Assembly (NCBI GenBank): GCA_049670425.1
Contig: JBATTG010000194.1
Span: 1-60,292 of the forward strand
Reading direction: 5' to 3'
Source: Proteocatella sp.
Lineage (GTDB): Bacteria; Bacillota; Clostridia; Peptostreptococcales; Filifactoraceae
Length of the DNA: 60,292 nucleotides
Shown: one piece after another, positions 8,851 through 18,846 of the stretch
Numbering within the stretch: position 1 is the stretch's first letter
How the letters are laid out: the number at the start of each line of letters is the position of its first letter
Translations under genes and position numbers: made by a program
The notes under the pieces: model-generated
Databases searched by the model: none
Told to the model about the DNA's origin: nothing
Seen by the model: the letters and a program-made list of their open reading frames with translations, nothing else

Positions 8851-9609
8851 TTATATTCTTATTTCCACTTCATTAGCCTTTAGATAGGCTTTGAGCTCGG
8901 ACACCTTTATCTCCCCAAAGTGAAATACTGAGGCTGCAAGGACTCCGTCTACATTCGCCTGAAGTATGGCTTCGAGAAAATGCTCTTTTTTCCCCGCTCC
9001 GCCTGAAGCTATCACGGGCACATTTACCGCGTCTGTTATTTTCTTCAGCAGCTCTATGTCATAGCCGTTTTTCATGCCGTCCTCGTCTATGCTGTTGACT
9101 ACGATTTCACCGGCTCCCAGCTGAACGGCCTTTACCGCCCACTCAACGGCGTCCAGGTCGGTCTTTTCTCTTCCGCCTTTCACATATACGCTCCATGAGC
9201 CTTCCTCGTTTTTCTTTACGTCCATGGAGAGCACCACGCACTGAGCTCCAAACGCCTGGGACGCTTCGCTTATAAGCTGTGGATTCCTTACGGCGGCGGA
9301 GTTTACAGATACCTTGTCCGCTCCTTTTCGCAGGATGAATTTGAAGTCTTCCAGGGTATTTACGCCTCCCCCTGCGCTGAAGGGGATATTTATTACCTGG
9401 GCAACTTTTTCTACAAATTCCAGGGAAGTTTTGCGTTCTTCATTGGATGCCGTTATGTCGTAAAAAACAAGCTCGTCTATCCCGTTTTCGCTGTAGAATT
9501 TTCCTAGCTTTTCAGGGCTGTCCACATCTTTTATGTCCTGGAATTTGGTGCCTTTTACCACTCTGCCGTTTCTTACATCGAGACAGGCTATTATTCGTTT
9601 CGCAAGCAT
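8851..9609 (-). CDS. hisF: Imidazole glycerol phosphate synthase, cyclase subunit
   Basis: [57 protein letters not shown]. Confidence 0.97.
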   Translation of the reverse strand: MLAKRIIACLDVRNGRVVKGTKFQDIKDVDSPEKLGKFYSENGIDELVFYDITASNEERKTSLEFVEKVAQVINIPFSAGGGVNTLEDFKFILRKGADKVSVNSAAVRNPQLISEASQAFGAQCVVLSMDVKKNEEGSWSVYVKGGREKTDLDAVEWAVKAVQLGAGEIVVNSIDEDGMKNGYDIELLKKITDAVNVPVIASGGAGKKEHFLEAILQANVDGVLAASVFHFGEIKVSELKAYLKANEVEIRI

Positions 9610-10310
9610 TCGAGTGCCTCCTTGAGATTTATTCTCTTGTCGTAAAGGGATTTTCCTACTATGGCGCCATACATGTCCATCTGGCTGAGCCTCTTGATAT
9701 CCTCGAGCGTTGTAACTCCTCCTGATGCGATTATGTCAAGGCTTGTCTTCTTGGAAAGTCTTTCATACTCTGCGAAGTTTGGGCCCTTGAGCATCCCGTC
9801 CATGAGTATGTCGGTGTATATGAGGGTCCTTATTCCTATTTCTTCCATGAAACTGCATATGTCCAGGACGTCTACGGTGCTTATCTGTGCCCAGCCTTTT
9901 ACTGCGGCCTTGCCATTTACTGCATCCACCGATACGGCTACTTTGCCTGGATATTTTTCTGCCAGAGTTTTTGTAAGTTCTTTTTCGGTTACTGCTATAG
10001 TCCCAAGGATTATCCGCTGGGCTCCTATTTCTATGAGCTGCGCCGCCCTTTGAAGACTTCTTATGCCTCCGCCTATCTGCACGGGGATGCTTACTGCATT
10101 TATCACGCTTTCTATCGTCGCCTGGTTTATTTTGGCTTCGTTTTTGGCGCCGTCCAGGTCCACAAGGTGGATATACTCAGCTCCCTGGGATTCCCAGAGC
10201 TTTGCTACCTCTACGGGGTTGTCGTTGTATATGTTTATCTGGTCAAACTTGCCCTGAGTAAGGCGGACGCACTTGTTATCCTTTATGTCTATTGCCGGAA
10301 ATATTATCAT
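9591..10310 (-). CDS. hisA: ProFAR isomerase
   Basis: [48 protein letters not shown]. Confidence 0.97.
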   Translation of the reverse strand: MIIFPAIDIKDNKCVRLTQGKFDQINIYNDNPVEVAKLWESQGAEYIHLVDLDGAKNEAKINQATIESVINAVSIPVQIGGGIRSLQRAAQLIEIGAQRIILGTIAVTEKELTKTLAEKYPGKVAVSVDAVNGKAAVKGWAQISTVDVLDICSFMEEIGIRTLIYTDILMDGMLKGPNFAEYERLSKKTSLDIIASGGVTTLEDIKRLSQMDMYGAIVGKSLYDKRINLKEALECLRNE

Positions 10311-10930
10311 TTTTTCTCCTTTATATTATCAACTATATCTTTGTATGCCTTGAGAATCTCTTCGCCTACGGCTCCGCTTTTTTCGGGGTGAAACTGTATT
10401 CCATAGATGTTTCCCGACCTTACTATCGCCGGGATTTTTTTGCCATAATCGGCGTATGCCACCACTTCTTTTCCGTCTGAGTCGGCGTAGTAGGAGTGTA
10501 CAAAATATACGTAGTCATCTTCGTTTATATTTTTCAGGATTGGGTCCTGCTTTTGATTGAACTTCAGGCTGTTCCAGCCCATATGGGGTACTTTTTCATC
10601 TATGTCCAGGTAACGTATGCTTCCTTTTAAAATTCCCAGGCCGCTGTGTTCGCCGTACTCGTAGCCTTTTTCATAGAGCAGCTGCATTCCAAGGCATATG
10701 CCCAGCATGTGTTTTCCTGATCTGGCTACTTCCTTGATTATTTCCGTAAGGCCTGCATCTTCCATGGCCTGCATGGCATCTGCGAAGGCTCCCACTCCTG
10801 GGATTATTACGCTGCCGGCATTTCGTATTTCTTCTATGTCGCTTGAAATTCTGCTGTCCATGCCAATCCTGTCCAGGGCAATTTTGAGGGATTTAAGGTT
10901 CCCCCGTCCATAGTCTATTATTATATTCAT
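10307..10930 (-). CDS. hisH: Imidazole glycerol phosphate synthase, glutaminase subunit
   Basis: IIDYG.GNL.S, IPGVGAF, GICLGMQ, VPHMGWN, YFVHSY, QFHPEKS. Confidence 0.97.
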   Translation of the reverse strand: MNIIIDYGRGNLKSLKIALDRIGMDSRISSDIEEIRNAGSVIIPGVGAFADAMQAMEDAGLTEIIKEVARSGKHMLGICLGMQLLYEKGYEYGEHSGLGILKGSIRYLDIDEKVPHMGWNSLKFNQKQDPILKNINEDDYVYFVHSYYADSDGKEVVAYADYGKKIPAIVRSGNIYGIQFHPEKSGAVGEEILKAYKDIVDNIKEKK

Positions 10931-11520
10931 CAGATTACTCCCTTTGTGGATACTATTTTTTCAGAGGTTATCTCTACCGCGGTTCTTATGGCTCTTCCAA
11001 GGCCTTTGAACAGGCTTTCTGCCTTGTGATGGTCATTTTCCCCATAGAGGATTTCAGCGTGAAGGGTCAGGCCGGCATTGTTTGCAAAGGCTACGAAAAA
11101 TTCTCTTATCTCTTCAGTTGGAAGTCTTCCAAGGTTTTCTCGTTTAAACTCTGCGCGATACACCATATAGCTTCTTCCACTGAAATCCACCACTACGCGT
11201 CCCAGCGTTTCATCCATTGGAAGATAGGATGTCCCATATCTTTCTATACCCTTTTTATCTCCCAGGGCTTCTTTGAAGGCCTGCCCCAGGGCTATGCCTA
11301 TGTCTTCTACGCTGTGGTGGGTATCCACATCGAGGTCCCCTGTGCACCTGAGCTTGAGGTCCAGGCTGCCGTGGAAGGTGAAGAGGTCAAGCATATGGTC
11401 CAGAAACCCTATGCCGGTTGATATATCAGATGTCCCGCTTCCATCAAGGTTCAGTTCCAGGCTTATCTGAGTTTCCTTGGTCTTTCGCTGTATTTTGCTG
11501 ATTCTTGAATTCATATTCAT
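10930..11520 (-). CDS. hisB: Imidazoleglycerol-phosphate dehydratase (monofunctional)
   Basis: RKTKETQI, TGIGFLDHML, DTHHSVEDIGIALG, PMDETL, GENDHHKAE; start set from the SD. Confidence 0.96.
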   Translation of the reverse strand: MNMNSRISKIQRKTKETQISLELNLDGSGTSDISTGIGFLDHMLDLFTFHGSLDLKLRCTGDLDVDTHHSVEDIGIALGQAFKEALGDKKGIERYGTSYLPMDETLGRVVVDFSGRSYMVYRAEFKRENLGRLPTEEIREFFVAFANNAGLTLHAEILYGENDHHKAESLFKGLGRAIRTAVEITSEKIVSTKGVI

Positions 11521-11544
11521 AAGTTCTCCGTTTCCCATACTGTG

Positions 11545-12609
11545 CTAACTAACTGCAAAAACCTCTGCAAGCGCCTTTATCACTTCCCTGTTTTCCTGCG
11601 GGGTTCCTACCGTTATCCTGTAAAATCCCCTGAGCGGACCGCCAAAATCTCTTATGGCAATTCCTTTTTTGAAAAGTTCTTCTGCCAGATTTAGATTGGG
11701 GCTCTTTATGAAAAGGAAGTTCGCTCCTGAAGGATATACCTTTACGCCCTCTTCTTTTGAATCCGGCTCTTGGCCTACCATGGATTTGATGGCTTCGAAA
11801 AGCTTCTGCCTTTCAGCCTTTACCTCGCTTATGTAGCTGCTTATCTTGTCCATATTTTCAAGAGCGAGCTCTGCAAGAATCTGTGATGGTCCGTTGAGGT
11901 TGTAGGGCACTTTCACTTTCCAGATATCGCCGATTATTTCTTTTCTTGCTACAGCGCATCCTACTCTTAAATTTGCCAGCCCAAAGGCTTTGGACATGGT
12001 CCTTAGCACGACGAGGTTGTCATAGTTTTCTATCTCTGATATAACGGATTCTTCTTCAAAGTCTGCATAGGCTTCGTCAATTACTAGCACGGCATCTTTT
12101 ATGTTCTCCAGAAGCTTGATGACGTCCTGCTTCGAGTTTACATAGCCTGTAGGATTGTTGGGGTTGCAAAGGATTACTACCTTGGGTGATATTTTGACGG
12201 CTTCTGCTATGAGGATATCTATGTTCTGGCTGAAATCTGCTCCTGCTTCGAGCTTTACAATCTGCGCCTCGCAAAGCTGACAGTATACGTCATACATGCT
12301 GAAGCCCGGTGTGAAAGTCAGGACCTTGTCCCCGGCTTCGCAATAAGTGCTTATGACAAGGTGTATAAGTTCGCTTGAGCCGTTTCCCATTATGAGGTTC
12401 TCTTTTTTGCAGCCATAGTAGGAAGCCAGCTTCGCTCTGAGGCCTGTCGCATCGCTGTCTGGATAAAGATTGGCTCCCAGCTGGCTCAGGACTATGTCTT
12501 CGCTTAGAAGGTAGTTGCTGCCTTCATTGGCATCTAGTTTTATCCTGCATGGTCTTTCGTCTACAAAATATGGCTTCAGGTTTTGGACGGTTTTTCTTGG
12601 TTTTATCAT
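11545..12609 (-). CDS. hisC: Histidinol-phosphate aminotransferase
   Basis: IKLDANE, YPD, GNGSSELI, CNPNNPTG, IDEAYADF, RTMSKAFGLANLRVG. Confidence 0.95.
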   Translation of the reverse strand: MIKPRKTVQNLKPYFVDERPCRIKLDANEGSNYLLSEDIVLSQLGANLYPDSDATGLRAKLASYYGCKKENLIMGNGSSELIHLVISTYCEAGDKVLTFTPGFSMYDVYCQLCEAQIVKLEAGADFSQNIDILIAEAVKISPKVVILCNPNNPTGYVNSKQDVIKLLENIKDAVLVIDEAYADFEEESVISEIENYDNLVVLRTMSKAFGLANLRVGCAVARKEIIGDIWKVKVPYNLNGPSQILAELALENMDKISSYISEVKAERQKLFEAIKSMVGQEPDSKEEGVKVYPSGANFLFIKSPNLNLAEELFKKGIAIRDFGGPLRGFYRITVGTPQENREVIKALAEVFAVS

Positions 12610-12648
12610 GATGTTCTCCTTCTCAGATTTCCAAAAACATGGTATTTT

Positions 12649-13263
12649 TTAGTTTATAAGGGCTTTGATGGCCTTGTCTACAAGCTCTTTATTGAATTTG
12701 TAGCTTACCTTGTTTGAAATCACGTAGCCGCTTATTTCGCATATATCTTCAAGCACGCTGAGGCCGTTGGCTACAATGGTGTTTCCCGTCTCGACTATGT
12801 CGACTATCACATCTGAGAGTCCTAGTATGGGCGCCAGTTCTATAGATCCGTTCAACTTTATTATCTTTATTTCCTGGCCCTTGCTGTCAAAATAAGTCTT
12901 GGCTATTTTAGGAAATTTGGTGGCAACTTTGAGAACGGCATCTTCACTGAATCTGGATTTGCCACTTATTCCTGCCACTGACATCTTACATTTTCCTACT
13001 TCGAGTTTTTGAAGACAGTACACCTGAGAGTCGCTTTCGGCGATTACATCGCTTCCTACGATTCCTATGTCGGCTATGCCGTTTTCCACATAGGTTATCA
13101 CATCTGAATTTTTGAGGAATACAAAGTCTATCTGATTTTCTATATCATGGAATATGAGTTTTCTGGATTTAAGGTCTATGCTTTCTCCTATTTTAGATTT
13201 CTGCAGCTGTCTGACCAGGTCATTTCCCAGTCTTCCTTTTGGTATGGCAATTGTTATGCTCAT
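12649..13263 (-). CDS. hisG: ATP phosphoribosyltransferase, short form
   Basis: IAIPKGRL, DVITYVENGIADIGIVG.D, VATKFP, LNGSIELAP..GLSDVIVDIVETGNT; 204 aa, paired with HisZ. Confidence 0.96.
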   Translation of the reverse strand: MSITIAIPKGRLGNDLVRQLQKSKIGESIDLKSRKLIFHDIENQIDFVFLKNSDVITYVENGIADIGIVGSDVIAESDSQVYCLQKLEVGKCKMSVAGISGKSRFSEDAVLKVATKFPKIAKTYFDSKGQEIKIIKLNGSIELAPILGLSDVIVDIVETGNTIVANGLSVLEDICEISGYVISNKVSYKFNKELVDKAIKALIN

Positions 13264-13284
13264 TTTTTTCTCCTTTGTAAATCT

Positions 13285-14223
13285 TTATAATATCCGGCTC
13301 AGTATGTCCACTTCTACGGAAAATCCTACTGCGGTTATTTCATTTTGTACTTTTGGGGAGCTTGCCTTATATCTTCCGCCTTTTATTATGGCATCATTGG
13401 CATTTTTCATGTATGTCCTGAAGGTTATGCCGCTGTAGTAGTCGAGTTCGGATACTACAGACAGGTCGTATACTACATTCTTTTCAAGCCCCTTTTGTTT
13501 TATAAATCGGTCTACAAGTTCCATGTGATTGATGCTATCCATTGTTTTTACGCCTGCTCCCAGATTTTGAAGAGCCTCCCTGACCGCTTCAAAACTTCCG
13601 CTGAGCTGGAACAGATTTTCCAGTATTTTTTTGGCTTCGCTGTCATGAAAGCCTGAAACGTATTTTTCCAGCTTGTATTTGTCTTTTTTATAAATTATTT
13701 CCATTATCTCCATGTAGCTCTGGGTGCTCAGGCCAAGTTCTTTGATGAGCTGCTTCAAGAAGTTGCTGCAGCCTATTTCCATTATATAATCCTGCTTCAG
13801 GCTTCCCATTATCTCAAGCGCCATATCTATTATTTCAAGGTCTGCGCTTATGTCCTCTTCTCCGAGGTATTCGGCTCCCAGCTGCCTTATCTCTTTTATT
13901 CCCAACTCTGTATTTTTGAACACCTTGCCATAGTAAAGTATTTTTAGTTTTGTTTTTTCATCGCACTTGTCCAGTATGTTTGAAAGCATTCCGCTGGTGA
14001 GATCTGGTGTCAATATGCTTATGCTTCCGTCGTTTGAAAGTACCTTGACAGTGGATTTGCTGTCTATCCTGTTGTTTTCAGCTACAAAACTGTCATAGTT
14101 CTCAAACAGAACGGGTTCCCAGTAAAAATATCCTCTGGCAATTATTTTTTCCATGGTTTTGTTTATTAATTCATACCGCTTATGGGAAAATTTTATTTCA
14201 TCTTCGATCTTATAAAAGTTCAC
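13285..14223 (-). CDS. hisZ: ATP phosphoribosyltransferase regulatory subunit
   Basis: HisRS-like motifs LTPDLT, YYGKVF, EIRQLGAE, LDYYSGITF, GGRY, AVGFS; first gene of the operon, GTG start. Confidence 0.9.
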   Translation of the reverse strand: MNFYKIEDEIKFSHKRYELINKTMEKIIARGYFYWEPVLFENYDSFVAENNRIDSKSTVKVLSNDGSISILTPDLTSGMLSNILDKCDEKTKLKILYYGKVFKNTELGIKEIRQLGAEYLGEEDISADLEIIDMALEIMGSLKQDYIMEIGCSNFLKQLIKELGLSTQSYMEIMEIIYKKDKYKLEKYVSGFHDSEAKKILENLFQLSGSFEAVREALQNLGAGVKTMDSINHMELVDRFIKQKGLEKNVVYDLSVVSELDYYSGITFRTYMKNANDAIIKGGRYKASSPKVQNEITAVGFSVEVDILSRIL

Positions 14224-14253
14224 TTTGCTCTTCCTTTCTTAATTTTAAGTATT

Positions 14254-14285
14254 AAAAAAACCATCCAGCTTTATGCTAGATGGTT
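14254..14285 (-). terminator. Attenuator terminator in the his leader
   Basis: mRNA AACCAUCUAGC-AUAAA-GCUGGAUGGUU followed by a U run, 30 nt before the hisZ start and downstream of the promoter. Confidence 0.88.
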
Positions 14286-14365
14286 GGGATTTTTCCTAAC
14301 TTTTCATCATAGTCACAAGCTTTCCGTAATCGAAATTGGAGCTTGTATCTATGAGTATTACTCAT

Positions 14366-14428
14366 TTACAAACTCTTGGGCTTATGATGATGCATTCTGT
14401 TTTTATTTGAAGTTTTATTTATATACAT
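14366..14428 (-). CDS. his operon leader peptide, MYINKTSNKNRMHHHKPKSL (20 aa)
   Basis: SD AAGGAG 7 nt before the ATG; three tandem CAT His codons; lies between a consensus promoter and an intrinsic terminator upstream of hisZ. Too short for the ORF track. Confidence 0.85.
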   Translation of the reverse strand: MYINKTSNKNRMHHHKPKSL

Positions 14429-14472
14429 CGAATCGCTCCTTTGTTTTTGGTGTAAAGTTCTAATTTATACTA

Positions 14473-14500
14473 ATTATAGACCTTTTTTTTACAATGTCAA
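14473..14500 (-). promoter_or_regulatory. SigA promoter of the his leader/operon
   Basis: Minus strand TTGACA-N16-TATAAT. Confidence 0.8.
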
Positions 14501-14514
14501 GAATTTTTTGCAAA

Positions 14515-16401
14515 TTACATTCTTCCCGTCACAATTATCCCTGAAAGGTTCCCAATTTTTATCTCCCTGTTCATCAATATTTCAATTGACCCTGTTTGAA
14601 AAAAGGTTTTTACTTTTTCAATTGGAAGTACAACGGTTTTTTCTGGGCCAGTATTTACTGCCACAAATATTATGTCTGTTTCTGCAGCGTCCTTCTCATC
14701 GTGCTCTCTTATTCTTGTAAAAGCATAGAGTCCATCCTGCGCCTGATGTGTCTTGTACTTATACTGGCTTATGTTCTGTATTTTTTGCCTTATGTTCAAT
14801 ATGTCCTTGTAATGATTATATATTTTTTCATCTCTTTTTTCGAATTGAAAGCATCCCCTGTTGAGCGGGTCCTTGCCGCCTTGCATGCCTATTTCATCGC
14901 CATAGTAAATGCAGGGAATTCCCGGGAGGAATGCCCACAGCATCAAGGTTATGAACAGTTTTTTTCTCGGATTCATGCGGCTCTGCCTCAGAAATGCCGT
15001 GAGTATGCGCTGGGTGTCATGGGTTCCAAGTATGTTCATCAGGCTGTAGAAGGCTTCTTGCGGGTAGTTCTCCTGGAGGGTTTCTATTGCATCTGCAATT
15101 ATTCTTGCGTCTTTGGATTCCATGAAGTCTCTTATCGCTTTGCTGAAGGGGTAGTTCATTACACTGTCCAGCTGTTTGCCCTGAAGGTATTCCCTTCTTT
15201 TGTTGTAGCTTATCTTGTTGGAGGCATCCTCCCAAACCTCTCCGATTATTGCATAGTCCGGATTTCTGCCTTTCACCTTTTTTCTGAACTCTTCCAGAAA
15301 TATGTCCGGAAGTTCATCAGCTACATCGAGGCGAAACCCTGAAGCTCCAAGATTGAGCCAGTTGTCTATCACCGAATCCTTGTCTCTTATAATATAGTCG
15401 ATATATGAAGGGTTTTGCTCATCGGCTTTAGGAAGGCTGTCTATTCCCCACCAGGACTCGTATTTGTCCGGATATTGAGAAAAGGTATACCAGCTGTAAT
15501 ATTTTGATTCTTTGCTGTTGTATGCCCCAATCTCCCCTGGCCCATCGACGTTGTCGTATCTCCTGTACCTGTTGAAGTATACGCTGTCATCTCCAGTATG
15601 GTTGTATACGCCGTCAACTATTATTCTGATTCCCTGCCTTGCCGCTTCCTGGCAGAGATTTTTGAAGTCCTCGCTGGTTCCAAGCATAGGATCTATTTTC
15701 TTGTGGTTGCCCGTATCATATCTATGATTTGAATAGGCTTCTGCAATCGGATTCAGGTAGATTACGCTCACTCCAAGATCCAAAAGGTATGGAAGCTTCT
15801 CTTGTATGCCTCTTAGGTTGCCCCCAAAAAAATCATTATTTTTTATTTTACCTTTGCTGTCTGGCTTGCTTACAGGTTCGCCTCCCCAGTCATCTCTAAG
15901 TACATAGTCCTTGTTCATCTTTGGCGGCGTATATTTTGCGCTCCGGTTGAACCTGTCTGGAAATATCTGATACATTATGCCGTCTCCCAGCCACTTGGGT
16001 ACGCTGAAACCCTTAGCATATACTGTTTGCTGGAATTTTTTTGTCAAATGCTCAGGCTCCGGATCTGCATGGTGCTTGAGTCCGTCGTCGGTTGTCGCTT
16101 TCATATAATAGAAATAAAGCCCCGGCTCTTTTGGAATCCATCTGAATTCATAGTAGTCTTTTCCCTTCAAAAGGTACTGCCACTTTCCATCTACATCTAT
16201 TTCCTCATTGGTTTCATCCACTATTATTATAAGCTTTGTCTTTGCCTGCCCCAGGTTTCTTGATATACCTATTCTTAAGGTTATTTCTTTTTTTTCCTCT
16301 ACGGCTCCAAAGGGCGTTTTATAAAATTCATCCTTTGAATCAAATTCTATTGCTCTGCTTTCTTCTATTATTTTATTTTCTATTATCAGTTTATTTTCCA
16401 T
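14515..16401 (-). CDS. GH13 alpha-amylase family glycosidase (neopullulanase/amylopullulanase-like)
   Basis: YQIFPDRF, GGNLRGI..KLPYL..LGV..IYLNPI, DGVYNH, GFRLDVADE, IGEVW, LGTHDT.R, YYGDEIG. Confidence 0.92.
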   Translation of the reverse strand: MENKLIIENKIIEESRAIEFDSKDEFYKTPFGAVEEKKEITLRIGISRNLGQAKTKLIIIVDETNEEIDVDGKWQYLLKGKDYYEFRWIPKEPGLYFYYMKATTDDGLKHHADPEPEHLTKKFQQTVYAKGFSVPKWLGDGIMYQIFPDRFNRSAKYTPPKMNKDYVLRDDWGGEPVSKPDSKGKIKNNDFFGGNLRGIQEKLPYLLDLGVSVIYLNPIAEAYSNHRYDTGNHKKIDPMLGTSEDFKNLCQEAARQGIRIIVDGVYNHTGDDSVYFNRYRRYDNVDGPGEIGAYNSKESKYYSWYTFSQYPDKYESWWGIDSLPKADEQNPSYIDYIIRDKDSVIDNWLNLGASGFRLDVADELPDIFLEEFRKKVKGRNPDYAIIGEVWEDASNKISYNKRREYLQGKQLDSVMNYPFSKAIRDFMESKDARIIADAIETLQENYPQEAFYSLMNILGTHDTQRILTAFLRQSRMNPRKKLFITLMLWAFLPGIPCIYYGDEIGMQGGKDPLNRGCFQFEKRDEKIYNHYKDILNIRQKIQNISQYKYKTHQAQDGLYAFTRIREHDEKDAAETDIIFVAVNTGPEKTVVLPIEKVKTFFQTGSIEILMNREIKIGNLSGIIVTGRM

Positions 16402-18826
16402 GAATTGGCTTTATCCCCCATATCCTTTCTGCATATTCATTCACGCTCCTGTCTGCCGAAAACACTCCTGATTTCGCTATATTTACAAGTGACATCTGAT
16501 TCCATAGTTCCTTAGTTTGCCAGGTTTCCTGGACTCTTTTTTGAGCCTGCCTGTATGACTCAAAGTCCGCAAGAACAAAGTATTGATCCGCAGAACCCGT
16601 AGTTCCATTTGTTATCATATTTGCCAGGTCGTTGAAGCACTCTCCATCAATCTCATGTGAGAGCTGCGTTATTACCCGGTATATATTTTTATCATTGAGC
16701 ATATGGTCATATGGGCTGTAAGTCTTCGCCTTTACGAGTCTTTCGACTTCATCCTCTCTCATTCCAAAGAGGAACATGTTTTTATCTCCAACCTGAGTGT
16801 TTATTTCTATGTTTGCCCCATCGTAGGTGCCTATGGTCAGGGCTCCGTTTATCATGAGCTTCATGTTGCCAGTGCCTGATGCCTCTTTTCCTGCAAGCGA
16901 TATCTGCTCCGAAAGATCTGCTGCGGGCATTATTATTTCTGAAAGGGATACCGAGTAATTTTCCAGGAAAACTACTTTGATTCTGCCTCTTACATCAGGG
17001 TCCTTGTTTATCACATTTCCAAGATGGCATGCAAGGCTTATTACTTTTTTTGCAATATGGTAGCCTGCGGCCGCCTTGCCTGCAAATATGAAGGTTCTTG
17101 GTACTATATCGAAATTGGGTTCTGCCTTGATTCTGTCGTACAGATATATTATGTGGAATAGATTGAGCAATTGCCTTTTGTACTCATGAAAGCGCTTTAC
17201 CTGTACATCGAAAATCGAGTCTGGGTCGATTATTATTCCGTTGGTTTTTGCTATGTGCTCTGCAAGGCGGCCTTTATTTTCCCTCTTTATCTGTTCCAAT
17301 TGCGACAGTACATTTTTATCATCCTTATATTTCAAGAGCTTTTCCAGATGGATCGCATCCTTTTTGAATTCCGGTCCTATAAGTTCTTCTATGAGTCCGC
17401 TCAATTTGGGATTGGCCTGGCACAACCATCTCCTGTAAGCTATCCCATTGGTGACATTGGTAAACTTTTCCGGATTATCTCTGTAAAAGTCTGAAAATAT
17501 GTCTTTTCTGATTATTTCACTGTGAAGCTCCGATACCCCATTTACCGAGTGCGACGATGCCACACACAGATTTGCCATCTTGATTTCCCCTCCGATTATT
17601 ATTGCCATCCGATTTCTGAGCTCTTCTTCATACGGATATTTTATGGTGAGTTCCAGTATCATCCTGCGGTTTATTTCCGCTATTATCGAGTGTATCCTTG
17701 GCTGCAAATCTCTCAATAAATTTTCAGGCCATTTTTCAAGGGCTTCGGGCATTACCGTATGGTTTGTGTAGGATACGCTCCTGTTGACGATATCCCAGGC
17801 CTCCTCCCAGGTGCATCTGTGCTCGTCTATGAATATCCTCATCAGTTCTGGTATGGCCATTGCCGGGTGGGTATCGTTTATATGGATTGCCACTTTGTCA
17901 GGGAAGCTTCTAAGCGTCTTGAATTTCCTTATATGGCGCTTTACTATTGCCTGCATTCCGGCGGACGTAAAGAAATACTGCTGTGTCAGCCTCAGAATTT
18001 TCCCTTCATCATGGGCATCTTCAGGATAGAGAATTTTAGATATTATCTCAGCCATATGTTTTTGCTCGGTTGCCTCAAGATATTTCCCCTGTGAAAAAAG
18101 ATCCATATCTATGGCTATGGGGGATGTGGCTCTGTAAAGCCTCAGGGTATTTACCACCTTGCTGTCATAGCCTGTTATATAAAAATCGTTTGGTATCGCA
18201 AGTACCGTATGATAATTTTTGTGATCTACCTTAAGCTTGCCATCTTCCCAGTACTCCTCCAGCGAGCCTCCTAAGTGGATTTCCTCGGTCTCATATTCTT
18301 TTTCCAAAAGCCATGAATCTCCAAGATTCTGCCAGTCATCTACTTTTTCCACCTGGTGACCATTTTCTATCGCCTGTTTGAATATTCCAAACTCATAACA
18401 TATGGACATTCCATGTCCACCCATTCCATTTGAGGCAATGGCATCAAGATAGCATGATGCCAGCCTTCCCAGGCCTCCATTTCCAAGCCCTGCGTCAGGG
18501 TCAATCTCGAACAGGTCTTCTATATTTTTCCCAAAATTCGCCAAGGCTCTTGTGACTACTTCATCCAGGTGCAGATTACACAAATTATTCCTAAGGGATG
18601 CTCCTGGAAGAAATTCCATCGACAGGTAATATACCTCTTTTTCCTTATGGGAATTTACCAAATCATGATTTTCCAGCCATAGCTCTGACATTATATCTCT
18701 TACCACAGCGCAGGTTGCTTTATAGTACTGCTGGATTGTCGCATTGTGCGGCTCTCTTGCATAATATCTCATAAGCTTTCCTTCAATTTCGTCTGATATC
18801 CGTCTTGATGTATAATTTAACTGCAT
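16391..18826 (-). CDS. glgP: Glycogen phosphorylase
   Basis: YYLSMEFL, GLGNGGLGRLA, INDTHP, KRFHEYKRQ, PLP site EASGTGNMK; in the glg operon; start set from SD GGGAGG. Confidence 0.96.
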   Translation of the reverse strand: MQLNYTSRRISDEIEGKLMRYYAREPHNATIQQYYKATCAVVRDIMSELWLENHDLVNSHKEKEVYYLSMEFLPGASLRNNLCNLHLDEVVTRALANFGKNIEDLFEIDPDAGLGNGGLGRLASCYLDAIASNGMGGHGMSICYEFGIFKQAIENGHQVEKVDDWQNLGDSWLLEKEYETEEIHLGGSLEEYWEDGKLKVDHKNYHTVLAIPNDFYITGYDSKVVNTLRLYRATSPIAIDMDLFSQGKYLEATEQKHMAEIISKILYPEDAHDEGKILRLTQQYFFTSAGMQAIVKRHIRKFKTLRSFPDKVAIHINDTHPAMAIPELMRIFIDEHRCTWEEAWDIVNRSVSYTNHTVMPEALEKWPENLLRDLQPRIHSIIAEINRRMILELTIKYPYEEELRNRMAIIIGGEIKMANLCVASSHSVNGVSELHSEIIRKDIFSDFYRDNPEKFTNVTNGIAYRRWLCQANPKLSGLIEELIGPEFKKDAIHLEKLLKYKDDKNVLSQLEQIKRENKGRLAEHIAKTNGIIIDPDSIFDVQVKRFHEYKRQLLNLFHIIYLYDRIKAEPNFDIVPRTFIFAGKAAAGYHIAKKVISLACHLGNVINKDPDVRGRIKVVFLENYSVSLSEIIMPAADLSEQISLAGKEASGTGNMKLMINGALTIGTYDGANIEINTQVGDKNMFLFGMREDEVERLVKAKTYSPYDHMLNDKNIYRVITQLSHEIDGECFNDLANMITNGTTGSADQYFVLADFESYRQAQKRVQETWQTKELWNQMSLVNIAKSGVFSADRSVNEYAERIWGIKPIHGK

Positions 18827-18846
18827 ATATTCCCTCCCCTTATAGG

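Noticed and set aside
14224..14470. T-box riboswitch upstream of the his operon
   Set aside because: No T-box consensus (GGTGG.ACC) or specifier stem was found; the leader-peptide model fits the sequence.
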